The notes: generated by a model from the letters alone, not told the origin. Numbered from the stretch's first letter, positions 39,162 through 48,785 are shown. The stretch is 64,000 bases of DNA from an uncultured Acidobacteriota bacterium (GCA_963720545.1 OY970399.1:2336001-2400000), one strand, 5' to 3'. Numbers and translations are program-made.

Positions 39162-40964
39162 ATGTCCGCAACCCCCGATGACGCGCGCGACCTGCGCAGC
39201 GCCGAGATTCCGCTTCGAGGCGAAAAGCACGCCGGATCTTTCCGCGTTTGCGTCATCTACCCGAATCTCTATTTCGTCGGCATGTCGAACCTCGGCTTCC
39301 AGGGTGTGCAGGCTCTCTTCAACGAAGCGCCCGACGTCGTCTGCGAGCGGGCCTTCCTGCCGAGCGACGCCGCGCGCGCGGCGCTCGAGAAGAGCGGCAA
39401 GCCGCTCGCAAGCCTCGAGACCGGCACCGACCTGCGCCGCTTCGACATGCTCGCCTTCTCGATCTCGTTCGAGAACGACTACCTGCACGTGCTGCAGATC
39501 CTGCGCATGGCCGGCATCGCGCTGCGCCCGGAACAGCGCACCGACCGCGACCCCGTCATCGTCTTCGGCGGCGCCGCTGTCTTCCTGAATCCCGAGCCGC
39601 TCGCACCGTTTGCCGACGTCGTTGCCGTAGGCGAGGGCGAGAACCTGGTGCCGAAGCTGATGAACGCCTTCGCCGGCACCTCCAACCGCCAGGCCGCGAT
39701 CGATTCACTGCAGCCGAAGGAAGGCTTCTACATCCCGTCGCGGTACACCGTCTCTTACCACCAAGACGGCACCGTCGCGCGCTATGACGGGCCAGGCACC
39801 GTCATCAGGCAGCGCGCCTGGGCGGGCAAGATGGGCCTGCCGCAGACCACCATCCTCACGCCGCACACCGAGATGTCGATGAAGTTCCTGGTCGAGATCT
39901 CGCGCGGCTGTCCGTGCATGTGCCGCTTCTGCTGGGCGGGCTACAACTACCTGCCGGTGCGCGGCTTCTCGCGCGCCGAGATCGTCGGGCGGGCGAAGGA
40001 AGTGCGCGGCTTCACCAACAAGATCGGCCTGGTCTCGACCGCAGTCTGCGACCATCCCGAGATCAACGACATCGTCGACGACCTCGCGGCCATGGACTAC
40101 GAGGTGTCGGTCGCGTCGCTGCGCCTCGACGACCTCACGCCCGAGTTCGTGTTCAAGCTCGCCGACACAGGGGTGCAGGGACTGACGCTGGCACCCGAGT
40201 GCGGTTCGGACCGCATGCGCAAGATCATCAACAAGCAGTTCACCAACGAGGAGATCCTCGACAAGGCCACCTGGATCTTCGAGAACGGCATCAGGAACCT
40301 GAAGCTCTACTTCATGGTCGGGCTGCCGTTCGAGGAGCATTCGGACGTCGAGGCGATCGTCGACCTGACCGCGCAGATCCGCGAGCGCATGCTCGCCGTC
40401 GGCCGCAAGCGCGGCAGCGTCGGCCGCCTGCACCCCTCGGTCAACCCGTTCGTCCCCAAGCCGGGGACGCCCTATCAGTGGCTGCCCATGGAAGCGCCGA
40501 AGGAGAGCGACCGCAAGCTGCAGTACCTGCGCAAGGCGTTCGGCAAGATGCCGAACGTGAACGCGATCTGCAAGAGCGTCCGTTCCGGTGTGCACCAGTC
40601 GATCCTGGCGCTCGCCGACCGCCGCGTCGCCGACGCCCTCGAGATGGCGGTTGTCGAGGGCATCGACCTGAAGCGCGCGATGAAGGAACTGGGCCTCGAC
40701 CCGGCTTTCTACCTGTTCCGCGAACGCTCAAAGGACGAGATCCTGCCCTGGGACATCATCGACAACGGCGTCGCCAAGTCTTACTACTGGAGGGAACTCG
40801 AGCGCAGCCGCGCCGAGCGCCTCTCGCCGCACTGCCCCGAAATCCAGGGCTGCATCCGCTGCGGCGTCTGCGTCGAAACGCCGAACCCGTCCTACAAATT
40901 GCCGGACAAGTGGAAGGAACTGGGCACGTCGCCTCGCTACCTGCGAATGGCGCCGACAGCCTGA
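39162..40964 (+). CDS. Radical SAM protein with B12-binding-like N-terminus
   Basis: YPNLY.VGMSNLG, EISRGCPCMCRFC, KLYFMVGLP, PFVPKPGTP, LPWD, C-terminal CIRCGVC. Confidence 0.88.
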   Translation: MSATPDDARDLRSAEIPLRGEKHAGSFRVCVIYPNLYFVGMSNLGFQGVQALFNEAPDVVCERAFLPSDAARAALEKSGKPLASLETGTDLRRFDMLAFSISFENDYLHVLQILRMAGIALRPEQRTDRDPVIVFGGAAVFLNPEPLAPFADVVAVGEGENLVPKLMNAFAGTSNRQAAIDSLQPKEGFYIPSRYTVSYHQDGTVARYDGPGTVIRQRAWAGKMGLPQTTILTPHTEMSMKFLVEISRGCPCMCRFCWAGYNYLPVRGFSRAEIVGRAKEVRGFTNKIGLVSTAVCDHPEINDIVDDLAAMDYEVSVASLRLDDLTPEFVFKLADTGVQGLTLAPECGSDRMRKIINKQFTNEEILDKATWIFENGIRNLKLYFMVGLPFEEHSDVEAIVDLTAQIRERMLAVGRKRGSVGRLHPSVNPFVPKPGTPYQWLPMEAPKESDRKLQYLRKAFGKMPNVNAICKSVRSGVHQSILALADRRVADALEMAVVEGIDLKRAMKELGLDPAFYLFRERSKDEILPWDIIDNGVAKSYYWRELERSRAERLSPHCPEIQGCIRCGVCVETPNPSYKLPDKWKELGTSPRYLRMAPTA

Positions 40965-41030
40965 AGGGGTCGCGGGCGGCCGTTTTCGAAAACTGGAACC
41001 GCCTGGCCCGCCAACCGTAATAAATTCGGG

Positions 41031-41441
41031 ATGAGGAGATCGTTCATGCGGGCATGGCTGGGCTTTGCCTTCCTGGCGCTCACGGCTTGCGGCAGCGAGC
41101 CGTCTGCGGTGGCGGTGGGGCAGACGTTCGAACTCGGGGTTGCCAAGAGCCAGACGGTGGACAACAGGCTGCGGGTCACCCTGAACAGCGTCACTTCCGA
41201 CTCGCGGTGTCCCACCGACGTCACTTGCATCTGGGCGGGAGACGCGACGCTGCAGCTCACCGTTTCGGCACCCGGGGCTCCTGCGCGGAACGGCGAGCTG
41301 CATGCCGCGAAGCTCGACGAGAGCCTGAGCATCGGCGGATTCCTGATCCACCTGCGCGAGTTGCGTCCTGCGCCGCTCTCGACCCGGCCCATCGCCCCTG
41401 CCGACTACGTCGCGGTGCTGGTCGCCACCGAGGCAAAGTAG
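41031..41441 (+). CDS. Small lipoprotein (DSRCP..V.CIWAG family)
   Basis: Lipobox LTAC; DSRCPTDVTCIWAG. Confidence 0.75.
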   Translation: MRRSFMRAWLGFAFLALTACGSEPSAVAVGQTFELGVAKSQTVDNRLRVTLNSVTSDSRCPTDVTCIWAGDATLQLTVSAPGAPARNGELHAAKLDESLSIGGFLIHLRELRPAPLSTRPIAPADYVAVLVATEAK

Positions 41442-43169
41442 TTGCTCGGCGCGCTGCTGCTCGCGGGCGTCGTGCTGGCACCAGCGGCCGATTCGGCGCT
41501 GAGCATCAAGCCTTGCGAATGGCCGGGCGTCAACGGCAAGGCGCGCTGCGGCACCTTCCGTGTTTTCGAGGATCGGGAGGCGAAGCAGGGTCGCACGCTC
41601 GAACTTGGCTTCGTCATTCTCGATGCCACCGCGCCGACGCACGCTCCCGACGCGTTCGTCTTCATCAACGGCGGTCCGGGCGGGGCCAGCACCAATGCGG
41701 CGGCGGGCCTTGCGATGATGATGGGCGAGGTGCGTGAGAAGCGGGACATGCTGTTTCTCGACCTGCGCGGCACCGGGCTCTCGGGTGCCCTCAAATGCCC
41801 GCTGTACGGCGATCCCCTCGACCTTGACAAGGTTCTCGGCGACTACTTTCCGGTTGCGGCGGTGCAGGAGTGCCGCAAGGCGCTCGAAGTGCGCGCCGAC
41901 CTGACGAAGTACACCACCGAAGCGTCGGTCGACGATCTCGACGACCTGCGCGCAGCGCTTGGCTACTCGCAACTCGATCTCTACGGCGGTTCCTACGGCA
42001 GCCGCGTGGCGCTCGTGTACATGCGCCGTCATCCCCAGCACGTGCGTGCCGCTGTCCTGCACGGCGTCGTGCCCACGCAGGTGCCGTTGCCGCTGCGCTT
42101 TGCCCGTGACGCCCAGGCCGCACTCGACGGCGTCCTCGGCGAGTGCGCGGCTGAAGGCTCCTGCAACGCCGCATTCCCGGCGCTGCGCGCCGAGCTTGCT
42201 CAGGTTCTCGCGACCGTGCAAAAGGCGCCGGTCACCGCCACCGTGATGCATCCCGTGACCGGCACGGTGGCCACGGTCTCGCTTGGATACGATCTCACGG
42301 CCGAAGCCTTGCGCCAGATGCTCTACGAGCCGTCCAGCTCATCGACCATTCCCCTGGTCGTGCACGAGGCGGCGGCGGGTCGATGGACCCGCCTTGCCGA
42401 AGCTGCGATCGCCGCGCGGCGCAGCCTCATCGGCGGCGATGTCGCCCAGGGGCTCTACCTCTCCGTCACCTGCGCGGAGGACCTGCCCTTCATCGAAACG
42501 GGCGCGGGGGAGGCTGCCGCGCGCGGCACGTTCCTCGGCGACTACCGCCTGCAGCAGCAGCGGCGCGCGTGCTCCTTCTGGCCCCGCGGGCAGGCGAGCG
42601 CCTCGTTCCGCGAGCCGGTGCAATCCAACCTGCCGGTGCTGACATTCTCGGGCCAATGGGATCCGGTGACGCCGCCTTCACAAGCCGCTGAAGCCTTGCG
42701 CACGCTGCCGCACGGCGTCGCGGCGGTGGTTCCGAGCGGCGGCCATGTCTTCATGGGCCTGACGAACGCCGACTGCGGCGAGCACCTGATCGCTTCCTTC
42801 GTCGCGGCCGGTAGCGCCGACCGGCTCGACATGGGTTGCCTCGCCACCATGCATCGCCCGCCGTTTCCGACGTCGCTGCCCGACCTGACGCCGGTTGTCC
42901 TGTCGGAGGCCGCGCTGCAGCGGCTGGCGGGCCACTACGCGGATCCAAAGTCGGGGTTTGCCGCCGAGGTGGCGCTCGCGAACGGCGCGCTGCAGGTGAG
43001 CATCCCGCAGCAGCCGCCGGTGCGCCTCGTGCCCGTTGGCGGCAACCGTCTGCGCTGCGTCGACGACCCCGCGATGACCGTGCGCTTCGACGAAGAAGCC
43101 GGCGCAGTTACCGGGCTTTCGATCGAACTGGGCGGCGCCGTCGTCATGGCGTTGCCGCGCGCCAATTGA
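41442..43169 (+). CDS. Secreted alpha/beta hydrolase (TAP-like / S33)
   Basis: GGPG, DLRGTG.S, GGSYG nucleophile, DPVTP, GH. Confidence 0.85.
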   Translation: MLGALLLAGVVLAPAADSALSIKPCEWPGVNGKARCGTFRVFEDREAKQGRTLELGFVILDATAPTHAPDAFVFINGGPGGASTNAAAGLAMMMGEVREKRDMLFLDLRGTGLSGALKCPLYGDPLDLDKVLGDYFPVAAVQECRKALEVRADLTKYTTEASVDDLDDLRAALGYSQLDLYGGSYGSRVALVYMRRHPQHVRAAVLHGVVPTQVPLPLRFARDAQAALDGVLGECAAEGSCNAAFPALRAELAQVLATVQKAPVTATVMHPVTGTVATVSLGYDLTAEALRQMLYEPSSSSTIPLVVHEAAAGRWTRLAEAAIAARRSLIGGDVAQGLYLSVTCAEDLPFIETGAGEAAARGTFLGDYRLQQQRRACSFWPRGQASASFREPVQSNLPVLTFSGQWDPVTPPSQAAEALRTLPHGVAAVVPSGGHVFMGLTNADCGEHLIASFVAAGSADRLDMGCLATMHRPPFPTSLPDLTPVVLSEAALQRLAGHYADPKSGFAAEVALANGALQVSIPQQPPVRLVPVGGNRLRCVDDPAMTVRFDEEAGAVTGLSIELGGAVVMALPRAN

Positions 43170-43173
43170 TCCG

Positions 43174-44178
43174 TTACTCGCGCTGACCTCGCCACAGCCG
43201 GTCGTAGGCCGACCACTCGGCGTCGGTCGTGGTCCACTCGGCATAGAGCGCGACGCCCTCGAAGGTGCCGCCGCCGCCGACGCCGCGTAATCCAGCGACA
43301 ATCCCGAGCAGCGCGTTGTCGAGCGTTTCGACGTCCTTGCGGTGCATGATGCCGCGCGCCTCGTAGGTGGGCACGCCCATCAGCACCCTGGCCCCCGTGC
43401 GGTCGGCCGGCAGCGCCGTGGTCGTGGATTTCGCCGCGTACGCGAGATACCGGCGGTAGAGCATTGCGGTGGGCAGGGCGGTGTCGTACGCCATAACCAC
43501 CAGCTGGTCGGCTGCGGCCGCCACCCTGGCGTAGTACCCGGTCGTCCACAGGAAATTGGGTGCGAACGGCAGAGCGAATGGTCCCGGCCGCGTCGCCGAC
43601 ACCGACAGGATCGCCTGCTCGCCGATCGCCGCCTTCAGCGCGCGCAACAGCGCGATGTAGTCGTCGTTGCCGTTGTCGATCGGCTCGATGTTGAGGTGCA
43701 CGCCGTCGAAGCCTTCGTCGATGAGCCCGCGGCACTCGGTGACGAGCATCTGGCGCTGCAGCATGTTGCCAAGATCGATGGTGCCGGGGCGCTGGCGCTT
43801 GTAGCCGACGCGCAGGCCGCCGACCCACGGCACGATGCGCATCTGCGGCGCCACCTCGCGCGCCGTCTGCAGGAAGGCGCGCAGCTGCTGGCGGTCGTGC
43901 GGCGGCAGCCGCCCGTTCGCATCGAAGGGAATGATGTGCGGGAAGACGTATTGCACGCCGCGCTCGTGCAGGCCGCGGAACAGCGCTGCCATGTCGTCGG
44001 CCGTCTGCGTCTTCTCGAGCCACTTGTGCTCGAGCCAGGTGGCGTTGCGGTCGTGGTTGAAGGGATGGGGCGCCGCATCCCCGGAAGGCGATACCGACAG
44101 GTAGATGAAGAGGACGAGCGCCACGACCGCGGCGGTGATCAGGGAGATCCGCAGCAGCCGGGCCAGCAGGCGCCTCAT
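43174..44178 (-). CDS. Membrane-anchored GH18-like TIM-barrel glycoside hydrolase
   Basis: N-terminal TM, GFDGVHLNIEP, VMAYD, GVPTY, GVALY. Confidence 0.72.
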   Translation of the reverse strand: MRRLLARLLRISLITAAVVALVLFIYLSVSPSGDAAPHPFNHDRNATWLEHKWLEKTQTADDMAALFRGLHERGVQYVFPHIIPFDANGRLPPHDRQQLRAFLQTAREVAPQMRIVPWVGGLRVGYKRQRPGTIDLGNMLQRQMLVTECRGLIDEGFDGVHLNIEPIDNGNDDYIALLRALKAAIGEQAILSVSATRPGPFALPFAPNFLWTTGYYARVAAAADQLVVMAYDTALPTAMLYRRYLAYAAKSTTTALPADRTGARVLMGVPTYEARGIMHRKDVETLDNALLGIVAGLRGVGGGGTFEGVALYAEWTTTDAEWSAYDRLWRGQRE

Positions 44179-44549
44179 GTCTGGTCGCCGCCAAGGAGCA
44201 GGACCAGCGCCGCCGCGTGGCGGCGCGAGTGCGTGAGGCTCACGATCGGCCGGCCGCCGAGGCGCTCGAGCGCCGCGCGCGCCGCACCGTGCATCTGCAG
44301 CTGCGGGGCGCGGCCTGGCTGGCGCACCACCTCGATCTCGAGCAGCGACTGTCCCGCGCCGAGCAGGCTGGTGGCGGCGAGCTTGGCGGCATACCGCGCG
44401 GCCAGCCGGCGAGCCGGGTCGCTCTTGGCGTGGGCGAAATCCCACTCGCCCGCGGTGAACACTTCGCGGCCACGCCCGGCGGCGAGGATCGCCTCGACCG
44501 CCGCGATGGCGACGATCTCGAGCGCGCGGCGCATCCCCGGTGCGGACAT
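44175..44549 (-). CDS. AcpS-like 4'-phosphopantetheinyl transferase, degenerate
   Basis: VFT..E, LAARYAAK, IEV...G.P, VSLTH; GID and KEA motifs altered. Confidence 0.65.
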   Translation of the reverse strand: MSAPGMRRALEIVAIAAVEAILAAGRGREVFTAGEWDFAHAKSDPARRLAARYAAKLAATSLLGAGQSLLEIEVVRQPGRAPQLQMHGAARAALERLGGRPIVSLTHSRRHAAALVLLLGGDQT

Positions 44550-44582
44550 GGCGAGAGTGTACTAGGCGGATCGCGTACGATC

Positions 44583-45287
44583 GTGCTGGTGAGAAACTCG
44601 CGGCGGCGCATCGCGGCATTCGATGCCGTGCCCGGCCTGGTCCACGGATTCGACCCCGGCGGCCATCCCATTCCAGCGAGCCGTGACGAGGAGCGCACGC
44701 GGCTCGCAGCGCGGCTGCTGCCGCACGGCCGGCTCAACCTGCTGGCGCAGGTGCACGGCGCGGTGGTGCAGGATGCACCGTGGGAGGGCCGGCCGCAGGG
44801 CGATGCGTCGTTTGCGGCTCGGCCTGGCGAACTGCTCGGCATCGAATCGGCCGACTGCCAGCCCGTCTTCATCGTCGACGTGCGGGCGGGCCGTGTTGCT
44901 GCGGCGCACGCCGGATGGCGCGGCACGGTGGCGCGGGTGGCGGCGGCGGCTCTGTCACGGCTGGTCGCTGCCGGCTCGGATCCGCGCGACCTCATCGCCG
45001 GCCTCGGCCCGGCGATCGGCGCGTGCTGCTACGAAGTCGGCGACGAGGTGGTGGCTGCGTTCGGCGCCGGCAGCGAGCGCTTCTTTTCGCCGGGGAAGGG
45101 AGAACGCCCCCATCTCGACGTGCGCGCGGCGAACGTGGCGCAGCTCGTCGCCGGCGGCATCGCCGCGGAGCGCATCCATCACATCCTCGACTGCACGCGC
45201 TGCGGCGCCGGCTTTCCTTCCTATCGCCGCGACGGCGGCAGCGCCGGGCGCATCCTCAGCTACGCGGGCTTCGCGCGCCAGGCCTAG
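44583..45287 (+). CDS. pgeF: PgeF/YfiH purine nucleoside phosphorylase (laccase-domain) family
   Basis: QVHG, ADCQP, AHAGWRG, GPAIG..CYEVG, SYRR; start approximate. Confidence 0.88.
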   Translation: MLVRNSRRRIAAFDAVPGLVHGFDPGGHPIPASRDEERTRLAARLLPHGRLNLLAQVHGAVVQDAPWEGRPQGDASFAARPGELLGIESADCQPVFIVDVRAGRVAAAHAGWRGTVARVAAAALSRLVAAGSDPRDLIAGLGPAIGACCYEVGDEVVAAFGAGSERFFSPGKGERPHLDVRAANVAQLVAGGIAAERIHHILDCTRCGAGFPSYRRDGGSAGRILSYAGFARQA

Positions 45288-45703
45288 GGCTCGGCGCCGT
45301 CCAGCGCCTGGTTCGCGAGCGCGTCCGCTTCCTTGTTCTGTTCGCGCCGCACGTGGCGCAGCGAGGCGCTCTCGAACTGGCGCATCAGGCCCCGGGCCTC
45401 GCGAAACAGCGGCACCATGTTGGGGTGCTTCACCTTGAAGCGCCCCGCCATCTGCTCGACGACCAGCAGCGAGTCGGAGAAGACCGCCACGCGCCGTGCG
45501 CCGTGGTCGAGCGCGTAGCGCAGCGCGTTGATGAGCGCGTGGTACTCGGCAACGTTGTTGGTGGTGTGGCCGAGGCAGCCGCACAGGCCGGCGACGGTGG
45601 TGCCGTCGGGCCGCGCCACGTGCACGCCCCAGGACGCCTTGCCGGGGTTGCCGCGCGAGGCGCCGTCGATGTGGATGCGCAGCTCGGGAGGGGCGGCGGT
45701 CAT
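45284..45703 (-). CDS. rnhA: Ribonuclease HI family protein
   Basis: DGASRGNPG, TNNVAEY, DSLLVV, HVRREQN..AD.LAN. Confidence 0.92.
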   Translation of the reverse strand: MTAAPPELRIHIDGASRGNPGKASWGVHVARPDGTTVAGLCGCLGHTTNNVAEYHALINALRYALDHGARRVAVFSDSLLVVEQMAGRFKVKHPNMVPLFREARGLMRQFESASLRHVRREQNKEADALANQALDGAEP

Positions 45704-46449
45704 TTCCCGCTGGTTGCGGGAGCGGCGACCGGCGCGGGCGCTTCGGCTTCTATGTAATAAAGGATGCGGTTGCACGACGGGCACTGCATGACGACGTCGT
45801 CGTGCATCTTGAGGTCGACGAACATCTGCGGCCGCAGCTTCACGCGGCAGGCGCTGCACGCACCGTCCTTGGCCTCGCTGATGCCGCTGCCGCGGTGGCG
45901 GGAGATGCGGGTGAAGAGCTCGAGCAGCGACTCGGGCACCGTGGCTGCGGCCGCCGTGCGCTCGCCGCGAAGCGCCGCGGCGCGCTCGCCAAGCGCCCTG
46001 GCCTGGGCGTCGAGCTTCGCGGCCTCGGCCTTGCCCTCGTCCTCATGGCCCTTGAAGGTCGCTTCCTCGGCGCGGACCGCCGCGGCCCGGCTTTCGGCCG
46101 ATTCCATGTCGACGAGGATCTTGTCCTCGACCCCGCGGATCTCGCGCTCGACCCCTTCAATTTCGTGGAGGACGGCCGTGTATTCCTTGTTGGTCTTCAC
46201 GTCCATCAACTGGCCCTTGTACTTGGCCCTCTTGGTCTCGAAATCCTGAAGGCTCGCCTCGAGGGCCCGCCGGCTCTTCTGGCTCTCGGCCAGGGACTCG
46301 CGGGCGGCATCCAGGGCCCGGCGCTCGTCGGCGACGCGCTTTTCAAGCGCCTGCTTTGCCCTGGGAATCTCGGCCAACTGGGCCTCATTGGCCCGCTGGT
46401 CGCTCTCGACACGCTGGAGGAGGACGAGCTTTGCGAGGTCGGCGTTCAT
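45700..46449 (-). CDS. Coiled-coil protein with C4 zinc ribbon (DUF164/zf-RING_7)
   Basis: Long coiled coil, KTNKEY, CSAC...CPSCNRILY. Confidence 0.9.
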   Translation of the reverse strand: MNADLAKLVLLQRVESDQRANEAQLAEIPRAKQALEKRVADERRALDAARESLAESQKSRRALEASLQDFETKRAKYKGQLMDVKTNKEYTAVLHEIEGVEREIRGVEDKILVDMESAESRAAAVRAEEATFKGHEDEGKAEAAKLDAQARALGERAAALRGERTAAAATVPESLLELFTRISRHRGSGISEAKDGACSACRVKLRPQMFVDLKMHDDVVMQCPSCNRILYYIEAEAPAPVAAPATSGK

Positions 46450-46502
46450 GAAGCGAAGATCCGAATCTTAGCACTCGGGGCCGATTTTGCTGTTTTTTGG
46501 AA

Positions 46503-46530
46503 TGGACAGCCGCCTGCGCGGCGTTACAAT
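46503..46530 (+). promoter_or_regulatory. Candidate sigma70 promoter for the MNIO operon
   Basis: TGGACA, 16 bp, TACAAT; AAGGAG SD at 46621. Confidence 0.4.
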
Positions 46531-46636
46531 TTCCGGGCGTTCCGAAAAGCCGTTAGCCGCTCGCCGCGCGTACTCATATGGGAAAGCGGCTGTTGGACGC
46601 TCGTCTTGGGACAGAACCTTAAGGAGTCGATAATCC

Positions 46637-46987
46637 ATGGAACGTCGCGAATTCAGCAAGATCATGGGCGCAGTTGTCGGCGGCATGGTTGCGGGCTCGA
46701 AGTTGGCCCCTTCCGTCTTTGCCGGCGACGAGCATGCGAAGCACACCTGTAAAGGCAAGAACGAATGTAAGGGCCAGGGCGGATGCAAGACTGGCGACGG
46801 CGGATGCGCCGGGAAGAATTCCTGCAAGGGCAAGGGTGGCTGCGCCACGACTGCCAAGCACGATTGCAAGGGCAAGAACGACTGCAAGGGCCAGGGCGGA
46901 TGCTCCACCGGCGACGGCGGCTGCGCCGGCAAGAACTCTTGCAAGGGCAAGGGCGGCTGCGCGGTTCCGGCGAAGAAGAAGGAGTAG
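46637..46987 (+). CDS. Cys-rich MNIO RiPP precursor (BufA2-like) with twin-arginine-like signal
   Basis: MERREF..hydrophobic..VFA; four CxGKNxCKGxGGC units, 12 Cys; directly upstream of DUF692. Confidence 0.88.
   Translation: MERREFSKIMGAVVGGMVAGSKLAPSVFAGDEHAKHTCKGKNECKGQGGCKTGDGGCAGKNSCKGKGGCATTAKHDCKGKNDCKGQGGCSTGDGGCAGKNSCKGKGGCAVPAKKKE
46736..46963 (+). repeat. 117-bp (39-aa) tandem duplication inside the precursor
   Basis: AKHTCKGKNECKGQGGCKTGDGGCAGKNSCKGKGGCA vs AKHDCKGKNDCKGQGGCSTGDGGCAGKNSCKGKGGCA. Confidence 0.9.
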
Positions 46988-47000
46988 TTTCTACACCTTC

Positions 47001-47062
47001 GGCGGAAGGTCGGCGCCGGCGCTCCTCACGGGTGCCGGCCGGGCCTTCCGCCTTTTCTTTTT
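47001..47062 (+). terminator. Intra-operonic hairpin with U-tract
   Basis: GGCGGAAGG (47001) pairs with CCTTCCGCC (47044-47052), inner GCCGGC pair, followed by TTTTCTTTTT. Confidence 0.75.
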
Positions 47063-47063
47063 C

Positions 47064-47921
47064 ATGACGAATCGCTTCGCCTTTCGCGATCTTGGCGTCG
47101 GCATCGGCCTGCGCACCGCCCATTTCGCGCACATCCTCGCGAAGTGGCCGAAGGTCGACTGGTTCGAGGTTCTCTCGGAGAACTTCATGGACACAGGCGG
47201 CCGCCCCTTGCAGGTGCTCGACGAGGTGGCCGAGCGCTATCCGGTGGTGCTGCACGGCGTCAGCCTCGGCATCGGCAACACCGATCCGCTGAACCGCGAC
47301 TACCTGCGCAAGCTCAAGAACCTGGCCACGCGCACCAGGGCGCATTGGGTCTCCGACCACCTCTGCTGGACCGGCATCCTCGGCCGCAACACCCACGACC
47401 TGCTGCCGATGCCGTATACCGAAGACGCGCTGGCGCACACCACCGAGCGCGCGCGCGCCGTCAGCGACATCCTCGAGCGGCCGCTGGTGCTCGAGAACCC
47501 CTCGTCCTATGTGGAGTTCGCCGGCTCCTCGATGCCGGAGTGGGAATTCCTGGCGCGCCTCGCCGAAGACGCGAACTGCGGGCTGCTCCTCGACGTGAAC
47601 AACGTCTACGTCAGCTCGTTCAACCACCGTTTCGACCCGCGCACCTACATCGACGCGATCCCCGCCGACCGGGTGGTGCAGTACCACCTCGCGGGCCACA
47701 CCAACAAGGGCACGCACATCCTCGACACGCACTCCGATCACGCCGTGCCCGAGGTGTGGGAGCTGTATCGCCGCGCGTGGGCGCGCACCGGCCGCACTTC
47801 GACCCTCTACGAGTGGGACGAGAACATCCCGCAGTTCGACGTGGTCCACCGGGAAGCCCTGAAGGCGCGCGAGTTCCAGACAGCACCCGTGCCGCAAGCC
47901 GCGGACGCCATCACCGCGTGA
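47064..47921 (+). CDS. Multinuclear non-heme iron oxidase (DUF692/MNIO)
   Basis: GIGLR, EVLSENF, HGVSLGIG, SDHLCW, HDLLP, LENP, LLDVNN, YHLAGH, DTH, EWD. Confidence 0.95.
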   Translation: MTNRFAFRDLGVGIGLRTAHFAHILAKWPKVDWFEVLSENFMDTGGRPLQVLDEVAERYPVVLHGVSLGIGNTDPLNRDYLRKLKNLATRTRAHWVSDHLCWTGILGRNTHDLLPMPYTEDALAHTTERARAVSDILERPLVLENPSSYVEFAGSSMPEWEFLARLAEDANCGLLLDVNNVYVSSFNHRFDPRTYIDAIPADRVVQYHLAGHTNKGTHILDTHSDHAVPEVWELYRRAWARTGRTSTLYEWDENIPQFDVVHREALKAREFQTAPVPQAADAITA

Positions 47922-48739
47922 GCGGGGGCGAGGCCCGGGACGGGCAGCCGCGCGCCGCGCTCGCCGATCTCCAGCGCTGGTTCCAGTCGGCCGTGGTTGC
48001 CGCCGAACCGCCGCAGGATGCCGAGGCAGCGCGGGTGATCCTGCCGTCGCCGACGCTGCGCGCCGCGGAACGGCTGGCGATCTATCACGGCATGTACCCG
48101 CTGCGCATGCACGACGCGCTCGCGAGCGACTACCCGGCACTGCAGCATTTCCTCGGCGACCACGGCTTCGAACACTTCGTCGCCGACTACGTGGAGCAGT
48201 TCCCGTCGCGCGCCTACACCCTGAACCGGCTCGGCGACCATGTGCCCGAATTCATCGCCGCATCGAGCACCTTGCAAAAGCGCGACTTCCTCCACGACCT
48301 CGCGCGCCTCGAACTCGCCATCACGGAAGTGTTCGATGCCGAGGAAGTCGCGACCCTCGGCACCGCCGAGATCGAGGCGCTGCCGCCCGAAGCCTGGGAG
48401 TCGGCGCGCCTGCAGGCGGTGCCGGCCTTTCGCCTGCTGGCGCTGCGCTATCCCGTGAACGACTACCTGCAGTCGGTGAAAGACGACAACCACGACCATC
48501 CGAAGACGAAGCGCAAGGACACCTGGGTCGCGATCCATCGCCGCGCCTACTCGATGTACCGTCTCGACCTGGTGCGGCCGGCATACGACCTGCTCAGGGA
48601 CATCACCGGCGGCGCCACGCTCGGCGAGGCGCTCGACCACGCCCTGGCCCGCCGCGGCCGCAACAAGCCGTCGGCCGAAGAACTGTCCGGCTGGTTCCGG
48701 GACTGGGTCGGTGGCGGCATCTTCCGCGCGGCATCGTAG
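47918..48739 (+). CDS. DUF2063-type MNIO partner protein (BufC/HvfC-like)
   Basis: LQRWFQ, RLAIY..MY..R..DAL..DYP, DLARLE; GTGA-coupled to DUF692. Confidence 0.85.
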   Translation: MSGGEARDGQPRAALADLQRWFQSAVVAAEPPQDAEAARVILPSPTLRAAERLAIYHGMYPLRMHDALASDYPALQHFLGDHGFEHFVADYVEQFPSRAYTLNRLGDHVPEFIAASSTLQKRDFLHDLARLELAITEVFDAEEVATLGTAEIEALPPEAWESARLQAVPAFRLLALRYPVNDYLQSVKDDNHDHPKTKRKDTWVAIHRRAYSMYRLDLVRPAYDLLRDITGGATLGEALDHALARRGRNKPSAEELSGWFRDWVGGGIFRAAS

Positions 48740-48785
48740 GCCTGCGGTGCGGGCAAATGCCCGCCCCTTCGCTTACGCTTTCGAG

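Noticed and set aside
39162..40964. Third RiPP maturase
   Set aside because: B12-type radical SAM of a widespread family with no SPASM or RRE domain and no adjacent precursor-like ORF
46736..46963. Possible CRISPR or non-coding repeat
   Set aside because: In-frame 117-bp coding duplication with synonymous variation; no spacers or cas genes
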